Position numbers and translations under genes: made by a program. From NCBI GenBank assembly GCA_964016885.1, contig OZ024742.1, positions 36,704,001 to 36,768,000 of the forward strand: 64,000 nucleotides of DNA, written 5' to 3'. Shown in pieces: positions 1 to 14,174 of the stretch. Source of the DNA: Eledone cirrhosa (taxonomy: Eukaryota). The first letter of the stretch is position 1; the number at the start of each line of letters is the position of its first letter. A model generated the notes under the pieces. The model did no database searches. It saw nothing but the letters and a program-made list of their open reading frames with translations, and was not told where the DNA came from.

Positions 1-875
1 ATAGAGGGTTGGTCCGCAGCAAGTGCGACGACGCTCTCGGTGAAACTCTAGGCGTAGAGGAAGATGAACTGGCCAGTCTGTTCGGTAGGACCTTCCGCCC
101 GGGACCGATGGACAACTTCCAAAAGTCCCTGGCCTGGCAGTGCTACCGAGGAGCTCTACCAGTTCGAGACAAGCTCTACAGACATGGGCGCCCGGGCAGG
201 GACCCTGCAAAAAAGATCTGTCCGAGGTGCGTACGAGACGAAGAAACCGTCGCGCACGCATTCATACACTGCCCGGGCGTCACTGACCTGTGGGGCTATG
301 TAGAACGACTATTGTCGCGGGTGGGACCAGTCCAGTTGACCACCGAGTCCATTGTCATGATCAAACCGCCACCCTCCTTCAAAAACGAAGGAGAGGCAGT
401 TTTCCTTTGTGTGATAGCTATGGCGAAAGAGGTTGTATGGTGGACAAGGTTGAAAGGGCTGAGGTCAGACACCTTTCTCTCCGGCCAACAACTGATTCTT
501 TTTTTCAAATACCACTTTGGAAGAAGAATCAGGATGGAGAGAGAGGTGCTGTACCCCAGCAAGTTTTATGAAAGGTGGGTGAAAGTGGCGAGAATGGCCC
601 GAGTGAATGGGCCTTCTCTCTATATCAGCCTGTAGGTTGAGGAAAAGGAGGAGGAGAGGAAGGGAGTACAAACTCTTCGTACTCCTGGAGATGAGGGTTG
701 CACATTTTTTTTCGGGGGTATGTGTTACCCATATAAACTGTCTCCCTCTATTGGGGAAAATCGACTAACTTTTTAAATTCCATTTGTGATAACATTTTAC
801 ACGTTTTTATTGTATGTAAACTTCCCCCTTTGTATTTGTCCCCTTCTTTTGTGCCCCTGTGGCTAATAAAGAAAT
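1..875 (+). mobile_element. Tx1/L1-clade LINE 3' end: ORF2 C-terminal zinc finger (ORF 9..635) plus 3' UTR
   Basis: ORF has W-x-C-Y-R-G-A-L-P-V and CPRC-x7-HAFIHC (zf-RVT-like CCHC); AATAAA at ~866 followed by a microsatellite; homologous to 14400-15640 and 27780-28935. Confidence 0.8.
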
Positions 876-893
876 ATATCTATCTATCTATCC

Positions 894-973
<80 letters not shown>
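876..973. repeat. (TATC)n/(GATA)n microsatellite
   Basis: Read directly. Confidence 0.95.
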
Positions 974-974
<1 letters not shown>

Positions 975-1341
975 CGTACGAGTCTTTCTCATACCTGAAT
1001 TCCAATTTCTTCCCACACCACATCCACTTTTCCCACGAATCCTGCCATTTACCATCAATAAACATAAAAATGTACGAATGTTCATGCTTGCCACAACAAC
1101 TATCGATCTCTTTAAGTGCTTTGACTTTTACTTGCGCTTTCGATCTATTTATAAAATATTTACATATAAAATACATATAGTGATATAGGTAAAATCCCGA
1201 CCACAGCTCCTAGTGGCTTCGATCAGCATTTTATCTATCTCTATACTCACTCTATATTTCCCAATGCATTGAGTACTCTCATAATTAGTGGTCCCCCCTG
1301 GTCTCAGCACCGCAGACGCTATACACACACAGACTTACAAA

Positions 1342-1445
<104 letters not shown>

Positions 1446-1474
1446 TGCGTGCGTGTGTGTGTGTGTGTGTGTGT

Positions 1475-1690
1475 GTAAAAGGTAAACATAAATAACAGCA
1501 GAATCGGTACAGTATATAGAAGGAATATATTAGTTTAACGCTTGAAATAGTAGGAAGATAGACTTAACGTTTCGGACGCTAGTTTTTCATCAGAAGAAAG
1601 AATGAGAAATTAGAAAGACTGAAGGGACGGGCAGGACGGAATCGGAAAAAATGTTTTTAGAGAAAAATAGCAGGTCCATTCATGTTTCCA
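1475..1690 (-). mobile_element. Dispersed repeat carrying a minimal hammerhead, probably a Penelope pLTR fragment; second copy at 18276-18486
   Basis: Two similar ~210-bp copies, both following (GT)n. Confidence 0.6.
1562..1597 (-). ncRNA. Minimal hammerhead ribozyme motif
   Basis: Minus strand: ctt CTGATGA aaaac tagc gtcc GAAA cg tt aag; stem II is intact (ggac/gtcc) in the 18364 copy. Confidence 0.6.
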
Positions 1691-1699
1691 TACATATAA

Positions 1700-1765
<66 letters not shown>

Positions 1766-1792
1766 TAACTACACAGCCTCACCTCCTACCCG

Positions 1793-1843
<51 letters not shown>

Positions 1844-1844
<1 letters not shown>

Positions 1845-2190
1845 GTTTTAATATAGATGAGATTCTACTGGACTAGAACTGTTTCTTTAGAAATCATCAG
1901 GAATCTGGCTTTCCAAAAATTCTATAGACTTAAAGAAATTAGCTTTTAATGAATTCCCTTTTCTTTCAACCAATGACCTCCACCCATCCCACTCCCCACC
2001 CTCTCCTACCACCTGAAAAGATATAAATACCACTTCATTCAATTTTGGAAATCCAGATTCCTGATGATTTCTAAAGAATGGAACAGTTCTAGTCCTGAAG
2101 AATCTCATCTAAATTGAAACTTTTATACTCTGCTATGTATTGAGTACCTTACTTGCTGTGGTTACCTCCGATTCAACCGGGAATAACTTA
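1844..2190. repeat. Palindromic insert in (TA)n, arms ~1844-1919 and ~2043-2121, each with a hammerhead core
   Basis: Arms are reverse complements; minus 1861-1905 reads gattc CTGATGA tttctaaa GAAA cag..cag TA gaatc; the plus copy 2056-2105 is degenerate. Confidence 0.75.
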
Positions 2191-2287
2191 CCTAAATATA
2201 TATATATATAACGAAGGAAGGGTGGTAAGGAACCAGGTGGACCATAACGCGCCAAAGTACTCGATACTTTGGATAGTAGAGTGGGTA

Positions 2288-2526
<239 letters not shown>

Positions 2527-2738
2527 CAGAGAGAGAGAGATGAAAACAGGGAGAAAAAGACGATTATTAGGAAGAAAAATATATATATATATCGACACTA
2601 ACGTGGATCTCTCAAATTCGTTGGATTTTCAAATTGGATTTTCACTCTGAAACTGGATTTTACCTACACTTCTACCAGGAAATCTTTTCGTATCACTGAT
2701 ATGTTCGTTGCTTCTTGCATTATTTATTTATATATATA

Positions 2739-2869
2739 AGATTTAATATAGAAATGGCTTCTATAGGATCAGAACTGTTTCATTTGAAGGAAATCATCAG
2801 GAAAGCTCTGATGATTTCCTTCGAATGAAGCAGTTCTGATCCTGTAGAAGCCATTTCTATATTAAATCA
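2739..2869. repeat. Palindrome of two back-to-back hammerheads, same family as 1844-2121
   Basis: Two-arm consensus gct(t)tc CTGATGA tttc cttc gaat GAAA cag ttctgatc ctg TA gaagc. Confidence 0.75.
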
Positions 2870-2934
2870 TATATATATACTTTACTGTGTATTGAGCACC
2901 TCACTTACTGTGGTTACCCGCGATTGAACCCAGG

Positions 2935-3017
<83 letters not shown>

Positions 3018-3023
3018 ATAACA

Positions 3024-3103
<80 letters not shown>

Positions 3104-3157
3104 CCGTAAAATTATAAGACTGTTTTTACATCTCTGTGTTTGCCTTGTGATTTCTTG

Positions 3158-3227
<70 letters not shown>

Positions 3228-3324
3228 GTACGTATATATGCATTTATTATATATATATAAATGAATATATATATATATATATATATAATATAAGATCAAA
3301 AGATGGTTAAAGGAGTTCCATGTA

Positions 3325-3391
3325 TTTCATTATGCGCATTTCAAAAACAAACATCATCATGCAATAATATTTGTGTTTTCATCAGATAAAA
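3325..3391 (-). ncRNA. Hammerhead ribozyme, mirror copy of 3511-3577
   Basis: Reverse complement of the 3511 motif with one G-U pair in stem I. Confidence 0.8.
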
Positions 3392-3510
3392 CAGGAGAAC
3401 ATGATATGAAGGCTAAAAAACACTTGTGGATAGTGCAGTTTTAAATCAACATATAAATCAAAACTGCACTATCCACAAGTGTTTTTTAGCCTTCATATCA
3501 TGTTCTCCTG

Positions 3511-3577
3511 TTTTATCTGATGAAAACACAAATATTATTGCATGATGATGTTTGTTTTTGAAATGCGCATAATAAAA
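3511..3577 (+). ncRNA. Minimal type-I hammerhead ribozyme with palindromic stem III
   Basis: ttttat CTGATGA aaacacaaata..tgtttgttttt GAAA tgcgca TA ataaaa; stem I ttttat/ataaaa; ATGCGCAT palindrome. Confidence 0.85.
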
Positions 3578-3700
3578 TACATGGAACTCCTTTAACCATC
3601 TTTTGATCTTATATTATGCATACTCCAGTCCTACAAACTGTAGAGTGCTTCTTATCCGATATCTGCATTGCTTTATTGTACTACAATAAAACTTACCTCC

Positions 3701-3821
<121 letters not shown>

Positions 3822-3844
3822 AATGCATAAAAATCAGCGCAAAT

Positions 3845-4150
3845 AATAACTACCAACGAAACAACAATTACTACACCGAAAACAACACCCACTACATAAA
3901 GAGCAACAACTACATCAACTAAAACAACAACAACAACAACACCAACAATAATTACTACTACAAATTCAACAAGAAGTACATCAACAAAAAATGGAAACCA
4001 GGAAACAATGAAAAAACCACATCGATAAATCCGTCAACAGAAACAACTACAAAACATCAATCAATAACATCACCTCCACCACCTCGGATACCAACACGAC
4101 ACCACCTCCACCACCTCCAATTCCAACACACCACCACTTCCACCACCTCC

Positions 4151-4197
<47 letters not shown>

Positions 4198-4335
4198 ACA
4201 CCTCCACCACCAACAACAGCAACACCACCTCCACTACCGCCACCACCTCCAATACCAACACACCACCACCACCACCAACACCAACACCACCACCACCACT
4301 ACCACCTCCACCAACAAAAACAACAACAACCAACA
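3845..4335. repeat. Degenerate (CAA)n/(CAC)n low-complexity tract
   Basis: Read directly. Confidence 0.85.
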
Positions 4336-4523
4336 GTGACTTGAAGTATTTTGTTTGTCTTTACTGTATTCCATGGAGGTTGTTTCAACAAAACAATATG
4401 CTGATCTGTCAACAACAAACATACCTTCCCTTCTCTCATCTTTCTACACCAATAATTTAAGGTCACCAGAACTTTTGTGATTCTTTAAATATATATATTT
4501 TTTTTTTAAATTTTAATCGATGA

Positions 4524-4556
<33 letters not shown>

Positions 4557-4775
4557 CTCTCTCTCTCACACACACACTCCCTCTCTCGCTCTCTCTATCT
4601 ATCTATCGCTCCATGTATATATATTTGTGTGCGTGTATGTGTATATATATATATATATATATATAGTGGTAGAACACTGAAAGGTAATATCCGTAGTGGT
4701 AGAGCACTCAGTCCATGGGACGGGTTAGGTAGAAGTGGTTACACAACAGTTAGTTCACCATACCGAGAACAATTA

Positions 4776-4813
4776 CGAGCTGAGGATCCGCTAAGGTGAA
4801 ACAATTGTTGTCG
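4776..4813 (+). ncRNA. Minimal hammerhead inside palindrome 4733-4844
   Basis: cgag CTGAGGA t cc gctaa gg t GAAA caattg TT gtcg; the mirror arm gives ctcg, restoring stem I; ACAATTGT palindrome. Confidence 0.7.
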
Positions 4814-4841
4814 GTATGGTGAACTAACTGTTGTGTAACCA

Positions 4842-4924
<83 letters not shown>

Positions 4925-4930
<6 letters not shown>

Positions 4931-5406
4931 ATACTTGGGGAGGGTCATATTTGTGTAATATTGCCAGAATTAATAACAGAACACACTCACAGTTTGGTTG
5001 GTTCTCGCTTTTCGCTTCTGTGTCTTTTATATCGGTAATCTAATTTATTCGGTTCTCAATGTTGCCATTGACTGACCAGCGGACAAAAGTAATACAGATA
5101 CAATATAGACACAAACATATATATATATAGTTTATCAAAGTTCTTTCGTTGCACATCTGCAACATCGTCAGCGGTGCTATTGTTTCCTCCCGTTGCATTG
5201 TATTTTCTACGCCATCTTTATTTAGTCTGTTTATATATTTATTTATTTGTTTATTTTATTTTGTCTTCTTTGCGCATGCGTTTGCGTGTGTATAGTGTTT
5301 TGTTTGATGTGTGTTCGTGATTGGGTGACTGTGTATTGGTTAATGTATTCTATCTTTACTAGTGTGTGTTTATATGTGTTTGTTGTTATTGTGCTTGTGT
5401 ATGTAT

Positions 5407-5437
<31 letters not shown>

Positions 5438-6492
5438 TCTATTTATTTATTTATACTTCTCTTAGGTCAGTGTTGTTTGTTTGGGTGTTGTTGTTATTCC
5501 ATTCATTCTTTCTGTTTAGCCTTGGCCTTCTAAGTTCTATTTCACTGGCCTCTCTGATTTGCCTATCTGCTGGGTCATTTCTATGTTTAGATATTATTCT
5601 AATTTCTATGTTGTCTATGTTACCGTCGTGTTGTTGTCTGGCATGTTCGTATAGTACTGAACCGTTTTTTCGTCCTTTTAGTTCCCCCCAGTGTTGGTCT
5701 ATCCTTTCACCTATGCTACGAGCTGTCTCGCCTATGTATGTTGTTGTCATGTTTCTGCAAGTATCCTCTGTACATCTTATGCTATAGACTACGTTTCTAG
5801 TTTTACAGTATATCCGGGGGTTTACTTTACATATGATACATTTCCTATTAGTACAGTAGGTTTTCTTAAAAGGGTAGGTTTTGCTGATCAGGGATTTTAT
5901 GGTGGTTCCTGGCATATCTACCACCTTAATCTTTAAGTGGGTCTTTCTCAGGGCCTTTCTACACTGGTTAGCTAATTTCCCTCCAGGGGTAGCGTCCACA
6001 AACATGACACTCTATTATCTCTGGTTGTCGTACCATGAGATGGCTTTCCCTATCTTATGTCTAGCCCTACCTAAGCTATTCCATGATTTTCTCCTGTATA
6101 ATGGGCAAATTCCTTTCATCTCCAGTTCTATGAGGGTCTTATACTTCTCCGTGGCTCCTTCGTATACTCTGACTCTAATAATATATAAACAGACTAAATA
6201 AAGATGGCGTAGAAAATACAATGCAACGGGAGGAAACAATAGCACCACTGACGATGTTGCAGATGTGCAACGAAGAACTTTGATAAACTATATATATGTG
6301 TTTGTGTCTATATTGTATCTGTATTATTTTTTACCGTTGGTCAGTCAATGGCAACATTGAGGACCGAATAAATTAGATTACCGATATAAAAGACACAGAA
6401 GCGAAAAGCGAAAACCAACCAAACAGTGAGTGTGTTCTGTTATTAATTCTGGCAATATTACACAAATATGACCCTCCCCAAGTATAACAATA
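4925..6492 (-). mobile_element. 5'-truncated Penelope-like element (GIY-YIG ORF 5451-6005 minus) with inverted pLTR copy at ~6190-6492
   Basis: NVVYSIRC..YIGETARSIGERIDQH GIY-YIG motif; 4925-5225 is the reverse complement of 6195-6492; (TA)n on the left and shortly after the right end. Confidence 0.88.
5134..5175 (-). ncRNA. Penelope pLTR hammerhead; mirror copy at 6245-6284 (+) has a 1-nt deletion in GAAA
   Basis: CTGACGA t gttgca gatg tgcaac GAAA gaac TT tgat; stem I is weak. Confidence 0.65.
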
Positions 6493-6548
6493 TTTGTTTC
6501 GACACACGATTTCATATCAAAAACCTCGCAAGACTAATTCATCGCCGT

Positions 6549-7761
<1,213 letters not shown>

Positions 7762-8116
7762 TAACAGATTAAAGTTTAAGCATATACATATATACATATA
7801 CATATACATATATACATATATACATATACTTATATATATATATATATATACATGATAAATTAACGGAGGCATAGGCCCTCGCTATTCCCTGTAAATAATA
7901 CGTGTGTTATATAGTTATAGAGGTATTTATTTACGCTTTAATTTATATTTTTAATTATCGTGTCTATAGTCTGCCTTTCATAGGTTATAGATTCCATACA
8001 CTGGTGGTTTTTTCCCTGTTTTATTGATAACGCACTGTATATCTCTCTCTGGTGTGTTACCTTTTCAACATATTATATATATATACATATACTTATATAT
8101 ATATATATATATTTAC

Positions 8117-8263
<147 letters not shown>

Positions 8264-8404
8264 GAGGTTATATTTAATTTGTTGTGATACAACAAGAAAA
8301 ATATTTTTATAACTGATATAAAGCACTCAACAAGTGATTCCAACCGGAATGGTTGCATTTTTTCAGGCTATGTCAATATTTATTTATAAAACTAACCTAT
8401 ATTA

Positions 8405-8470
8405 TATTTTATCTGATGAAAGCGCACCATAATTTGCCTTGGTGGCCCTTGAAATATGTATAATGAAATA
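8405..8470 (+). ncRNA. Minimal hammerhead in a short insert between (TA)n tracts
   Basis: tattttat CTGATGA aagcgcacca..tggtggccctt GAAA tatgta TA atgaaata. Confidence 0.75.
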
Positions 8471-8927
8471 AATATGGTTTTATAAATATAGTTTCCATTT
8501 GTTAATATATTGTATATATATATATATATATATAACCAACCCAAAAAAAAGGCTTCCTGAGCCTCCTTTTTTCAAGTAAAAAGAAATTCAAACACTCATA
8601 TATGAAAAAACAACCTGTGACAACCCCCTCCCTCCCTCTCTCTTATTTGAAGAACTATTGTAACGCGAACTGGCGCGAAATTTATTATAATTATTGACAA
8701 ACCAATTAAATTACTTCTCGAAAAACCTGGAATTTCGAGCCACTTTTTCCATATAAAACAAGTAACATTCAGAGACCAACCAGATGTGAGAAAAACCACA
8801 GACCCTCCATCTCAACTCACCTTTTGAAAAGCAGAAGAACTGCGAAACCGGTAAAGGAACCAAATAAATATATATATATTTTTTTTTAAATAGGACTTCA
8901 GTTGCATTTTCGATTTCATCTCTTTTT

Positions 8928-8963
<36 letters not shown>

Positions 8964-9269
8964 GAAAGGTATAGAAAACACTGCAGCGAAAAGCGAACAG
9001 CATTCCATAGTATATAAGTGACTATAGCGTCAAAATGGGAAAAATAGTTAACGTAAGATGTGGGAAAAGTAATTTAAACTCATCCTAAAGAGATATATAT
9101 ATTTTGCCTCACATCTCGGAGGTTGTTTTTCGTTATTTCGTGGGCCGAAATGTGAATCTCGATAATTTATGTTTGTATATATATATATATATATATACAT
9201 ATGAATTATACATATATACATATATACATATATGTAATTCTCTAATACTCTATACATATGTTCTTTCTC

Positions 9270-9442
9270 TATACCCCCTCTCTCTCTCTCTATCTCTCTA
9301 TCTCTCTCTCCTTCTCTCCCTCCCTGTCTCTCTCTCCCTCCCTGTCTCTCTCTCTCTCTCTCCCTCTCTCTCTCTCCCTCTCTCTCTCTCTCTTTCTCCT
9401 TCTGTCCCTCCTGTCTCTCTCCCTCTCTCCCTCCCTCTCTCC

Positions 9443-9495
<53 letters not shown>
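9270..9495. repeat. (CT)n-rich microsatellite
   Basis: Read directly. Confidence 0.9.
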
Positions 9496-9497
<2 letters not shown>

Positions 9498-9547
9498 ATT
9501 TGGTATCCTCATCTTCTTCGTCTTGTTCCACGCTTTGCAGCCCATGA

Positions 9548-9678
9548 TGATCTGAGTTCAAATCTCGCCGCGGTTAACTTTGCCTTTCATCCTTACGGGG
9601 TCGATAAAATAAAGTACCAGGAATACACTGGGTAATTGCTGGCCTTGTGCCAAAAGTAGAAACATTATTATTATTATT
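9548..9678 (+). mobile_element. tRNA-derived SINE fragment with conserved core aactttgcctttcatccttacggggtcgataaaataaagtaccag
   Basis: B-box-like gagttcaaatc plus a core shared by ~9 copies in the window; the core resembles the MetaSINE-type domain (from memory, unverified). Confidence 0.75.
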
Positions 9679-9821
9679 GTCCTACTTTATCCTTTTCTTC
9701 GTTTTTGGCGCCGTCGTCATCGTTTTTTGTCACTTTTCTTTCACTCTCTCTCTCTCATTCTCTCCTACACACACACACACTCTCTCTCTCTCTCTCTCTC
9801 TCTCCTACACACACACTCTCA

Positions 9822-9859
<38 letters not shown>

Positions 9860-10209
9860 CATACACACACTCTCACTCACGCACTTTCTTTCTCTCACAC
9901 ACACTTTCTCTCCCCTTTTACATCTTTCTCCCCCCCCCCCTATCTCTCTCTATCTATCTATCTATCCATCTCTTACACACACACGCAGACTGTATATCTT
10001 TGACTATATGACACGATAGATTTGACGTTGATGCCGCGTGGCCATGTACGTTTCTGTCTAAAAGTGCTCCTTTATCTAATTAACTATCTGGGTCAGTCAC
10101 GTGGTGTATATGTGAGCTGGAGGTGGAGGTAGGGATGGTACACTACTGGTAGAGGCGGGGGGAAACTGTTAGGAGAGAGAAGAAGAAGAAGAAGAAGAAG
10201 AAGAAGACT

Positions 10210-10560
10210 TTGTGTTACTGGTACTTTATTTTATCGACCCATAAGGATGAAAAGCAAAGCTAACCTCGGCGGGATTTGAAATCAGATCGTAAAGGGACGT
10301 AAGTAAACGCCACAAAACATTTTGTCCGACGTTCTACCGACTCAGCCAATCTACCGTACTCAATTACAATATAATAATTGTTTCTACTATTGGCACAAGG
10401 CCATCAATTATCCCAGTGCGTTACTGGTACTTTACTTTATCGACTCCTTAAGGATGAAAGTTAACCTCGGCAGGATTTGAACTCAAACCGTAAAGGGCGG
10501 AAACTCTATGCTGCTAAGCATAGCGTCCGACCCTCTACCGAAACTGCCAATCCACCAATA
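10210..10560 (-). mobile_element. Two SINE copies of the same family, reverse orientation
   Basis: Reverse complements of the SINE head and core. Confidence 0.75.
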
Positions 10561-10741
10561 TCATAATGACAGAAAGAAAGAGGGAAACAATAAGGCGGAG
10601 GAATACCCTCATGCTGTTTCAAATAAGGCAAGGATTAAAAGGTTCGTTTTACAATCATCAGGTCTTGAGTTCGATCTCAATTCGCTGGAGTATTTATATA
10701 TATCTAGTGTCTTTATCAAAACCTACAGTCGATTTAAACTC

Positions 10742-11300
10742 TGTAAGTGAAATTGGGTAGACAGAAACTGTGTGGAAGGCCCTCGAATGGATTGCCTCTA
10801 TAGTTTAAATGTCCAGCCAAATCACGTATTGTGTCATGCTGGGAATTATGTATACACGTGTGTATGGAGTATTCACCCACTGTAAGTGAAATTGGGTAGA
10901 CAGAAACTGTGCGGAAGCCCGTCGGATGAATTGCCTCTATAGTTTAAATGTCCAGCCAAATCACGTATTGTGTCATGCTGGGAATTATGTATACACGTGT
11001 GTATGGAGTATTCACCCACTGTAAGTGAAATTGGGTAGACAGAAACTGTGCGGAAGCCCGTCGGATGAATTGCCTCTATAGTTTAAATGTCCAGCCAAAT
11101 CACGTATTGTGTCATGCTGGGAATTATGTATACACGTGTGTATGGAGTATTCACCCACTGTAAGTGAAATTGGGTAGACAGAAACTGTGTGGAAGCCCGT
11201 CGGATGGATTGCCTCTATAGTTTAAATGTCCAGCCATATCACGTATTGTGTCATGCTGGGAATTATGTTATGGGTACACGTTTGTATGGAATATTCAGCC
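10742..11300 (+). repeat. 139-bp tandem repeat, ~4 copies, probably SINE-derived
   Basis: Units start at 10742, 10881, 11020 and 11159; a related agacagaaact..gtcgg motif recurs at ~29060. Confidence 0.9.
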
Positions 11301-11429
11301 ACTTTGACTATAAGAAAATTTATATTACCTGTAATTCAAAAGTCTAGCCATGACAGATATTGTGACATGCTGATTCGGCTTGGCTATGACAATAACGATA
11401 CACATGTCTGTGGAATACTCAGCCATACG

Positions 11430-11770
11430 TCCCTTTACGATCTGTGTTCAAATCCCGCCGAGGTTAACTTTGCCTTTCATCTTTACGGGGTCGATAAAAT
11501 AAGGTACCAGTAATACACTGGAATAATTGCTGGCCTTGTGCCAAAAGTAGAAACAATTATATAACATGATGGTGGATTGGCAGTATCGGTAGAGGGTCGG
11601 ACGCCATGCTTTGCAGCAAAGAGTTACGGCTCTTTATGGTCTGAGTTAAAATCCCGCCGAGGTTAACTTTGCCTTTCATCATTATGGAGTCGATAAAATA
11701 AAGTACCAGTAATACACTGGGATAATTGCTAGCCTTGTGCCTAATGTAGAAACAATTATATAACATGATG
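11430..11770 (+). mobile_element. Two tandem SINE copies
   Basis: A-box-like tggcagtatcgg, B-box-like gttcaaatcc and the shared core. Confidence 0.8.
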
Positions 11771-12219
11771 GATTGCACCTGTAATTGAAAGGTCTAGCCT
11801 TGTCAAATATTGTTCCAAGATGATACAGCATAGAAATTACATTAAGGGTACATATGGTAGTAGAATCCTCAACTACTTCCACGTTTATTCACGAATTGGA
11901 TATTAGGTTAATCTCACCGTCGAAATGGAAGATCCTTTATTTCAAATGAGAAAATCAAATCAAAAGTTTGAAATCCTGTGTTAAATAAAACCGACAAAAT
12001 TCCAAATACTCTCAGGTCTTGAATAATCTCCCTCACCCCACTATTATTGATTTTTTTATAATTTAATTTACATTGAAAAAAAAAACATTATATATGATAA
12101 AAAAAGATCATTACAAGAAATCCCATATTTACGAACGCACACTAAAACTTACCGATTTCCCTTCCCCACCTACACTTATAAGAATTGAAGCAAATTTCCA
12201 CACCCCACCACCACCACCG

Positions 12220-12410
12220 CGGTGGATTGGCAGTATCGGTAGAGGGTCGGACGCCTTGCTTTGCAGTAAAGAGTTACGGTCCTTTATGGTCTGAGTTCAA
12301 ATCCCGCCGAGGTTAATTTTGCCTTTCATCCTTACGGGGTCGATAAAATAAAGTACCAGTAATACACTGGAATAATTGCTGGCCTTGTGCCAAAAGTAGA
12401 AACAATTATT
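12220..12410 (+). mobile_element. Apparently complete tRNA-headed SINE (~190 bp)
   Basis: A box tggcagtatcgg, B box gagttcaaatcc, core, and tail ggccttgtgccaaaagtagaaacaattatt. Confidence 0.8.
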
Positions 12411-12695
12411 TGGGACCCGAAAGTATATCGCTCGGCCAACTTGAGATAAATATCTCACTCAGCATATTAGTTGCAACATTAATTATAATAATTATGCTAA
12501 TAATAGAAACCATATATATTCATAGTTACTAATTACCCCTGGTTTTATCGATGTTTATAATAAGAAATCCTCTGGATATATTTAATCACTATTTTTAACT
12601 TAATGTTTTCTAGCTCATAACAAACGATGATAAGGTCTTATGGTTTCAGCTCGTGACATCATCACTGGCAATTACGAAATGACGCCAGAAACAAC

Positions 12696-13277
12696 ATTTT
12701 TGTTATGTTCTAACTGAGGTTTCTATTTTTAGACTTCGGTCATTTTGTTATGTTCTAACTGATGTTTCTATTTTTAGACTTCGGTCATTTTGTTATGTTC
12801 TAACTGATGTTTCTATTTTTAGACTTCGGTCATTTTGTTATGTTCTAACTGAGGTTTCTATTTTTAGACTTCGGTCATTTTGTTATTTCTAACTGAGGTT
12901 TCTATTTTTAGACTTCGGTCATTTTGTTATGTTCTAACTGAGGTTTCTATTTTTAGACTTCGGTCATTTTGTTATGTTCTAACTGAGGTTTCTATTTTTA
13001 GACTTCAGTCATTTTGTTATTTCTAACTGAGGTTTCTATTTTTAGACTTCGGTCATTTTGTTATGTTCTAACTGAGGTTTCTATTTTTAGACTTCGGTCA
13101 TTTTGTTATGTTCTAACTGAGGTTTCTATTTTTAGACTTCGGTCATTTTGTTATGTTCTAACTGAGGTTTCTATTTTTAGACTTCGGTCATTTTGTTATG
13201 TTCTAACTGAGGTTTCTATTTTTAGACTTCGGTCATTTTGTTATGTTCTAACTGATGTTTCTATTTTTAGACTTCGG
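12696..13277 (+). repeat. 45-bp minisatellite, ~13 copies
   Basis: Unit cattttgttatgttctaactgaggtttctatttttagacttcggt. Confidence 0.97.
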
Positions 13278-13390
13278 AAATGCATCAGAAATATCATGGA
13301 CACCTCCTACGCGGAACACATAAGTAACAAAAGCATTCGCACGGCAATCAGGCGGCACGTGGGCAACTATGAAGTCTTGCTAACCACTAA
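13278..13390 (+). mobile_element. RTE-clade LINE ORF2 C-terminal fragment; a related piece lies at ~13990-14170
   Basis: CIRNIMDTSYAEHISNKSIR..LLT, and downstream G-x-K-R-K-G-R-P-K-K-K-W-x-x-N-I, typical of RTE post-RT regions. Confidence 0.6.
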
Positions 13391-13436
13391 TGTATGTATG
13401 TGTGTGTGTATGTATGTATGTATGTATGTATGTATG

Positions 13437-13890
13437 AGAGATGACCCCTCCGGGAGAGATGACCCCTTAGCCTTTGTCCGGGAGAAATGACCCCTTAGCC
13501 TTTGTCAAGGCAGAATTCTAGGAGAAGGAAAACTCTGATATAACACCTGCAACCCTGATGGTATCCAATGATGTTGACTTGTTCTTCTTTTTGGTAAATA
13601 TCATCTTGGTTAAGAGAGTGGGACTGGCTTTGTGCAGTGCCTTTGCTCACTATAAAAGCTTCACAGCACAGGCATTGCTTTATATCTGGAGATCTCTCTG
13701 CACTTGTCGTCACATGGTACCATGGGCCCAGCACTGTGTCAATAATTATCACAAGTGTAGTGTTTGTACCAGAGTTTTCAAGTCGCTGGCTGGACTAAAA
13801 AGTCACACTCGTTCAGGGCATCGGTAGGGGTTCTCCTACATGGATATAAAGTAGTGGCCGTACTCGAAAACGAGTTGGCAGCCACCACTA
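13437..13890 (+). mobile_element. Non-autonomous RTE-derived element (5'UTR motif fused to 3' end) in (TATG)n
   Basis: ctaggagaaggaaaactctga motif; CSVCTRVFKSLAGLKSHTR zinc-finger remnant; 3' hairpin ctcg aaaa cgag; copies at 31696-32260 and 32297-32545. Confidence 0.65.
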
Positions 13891-14174
13891 TGTATGCATG
13901 TATGTATGCAGGTATGTATGTATGCATGTATGCATGTATCTATGTATGTATGTGTGTACGTATGTATTATGGGTGCGTGTATGCATGTAAAGCATTCGCA
14001 CGTTAATCAAGCAAAATGTGAGCAACTACAAAATCCTGCTAAATACTGTAAAGATGGACCAGTCATTAATTAGATCAGCAGGTTGACGAAGACTAAACCC
14101 CCCCACAAGACCATTTCAGTGGGGAAAAAAGGAAAGGACGTCCGAAGAAGAAATGGGCGGTTAACATACAAGGG

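Larger units (their letters stand above)
3286..3616. repeat. Near-perfect ~330-bp palindrome in (TA)n
   Basis: Arms of ~155 bp are reverse complements with about one mismatch; centre ~3443-3459. Confidence 0.92.

Noticed and set aside
1185-1232. Possible minus-strand hammerhead (ctgatcga a gccac..gtggtc ggga)
   Set aside because: Both core segments are altered and stems I and III are unclear
12220-12310. tRNA gene
   Set aside because: A and B boxes are present but there is no cloverleaf; it is the SINE head
12696-13277. CRISPR-like array, or a 158-aa repeat protein (13014-13490)
   Set aside because: No unique spacers, no cas genes and a eukaryotic context; the ORF is a minisatellite fused to an RTE fragment
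13745-13827. C2H2 zinc-finger gene
   Set aside because: A single finger inside a multi-copy RTE-derived repeat
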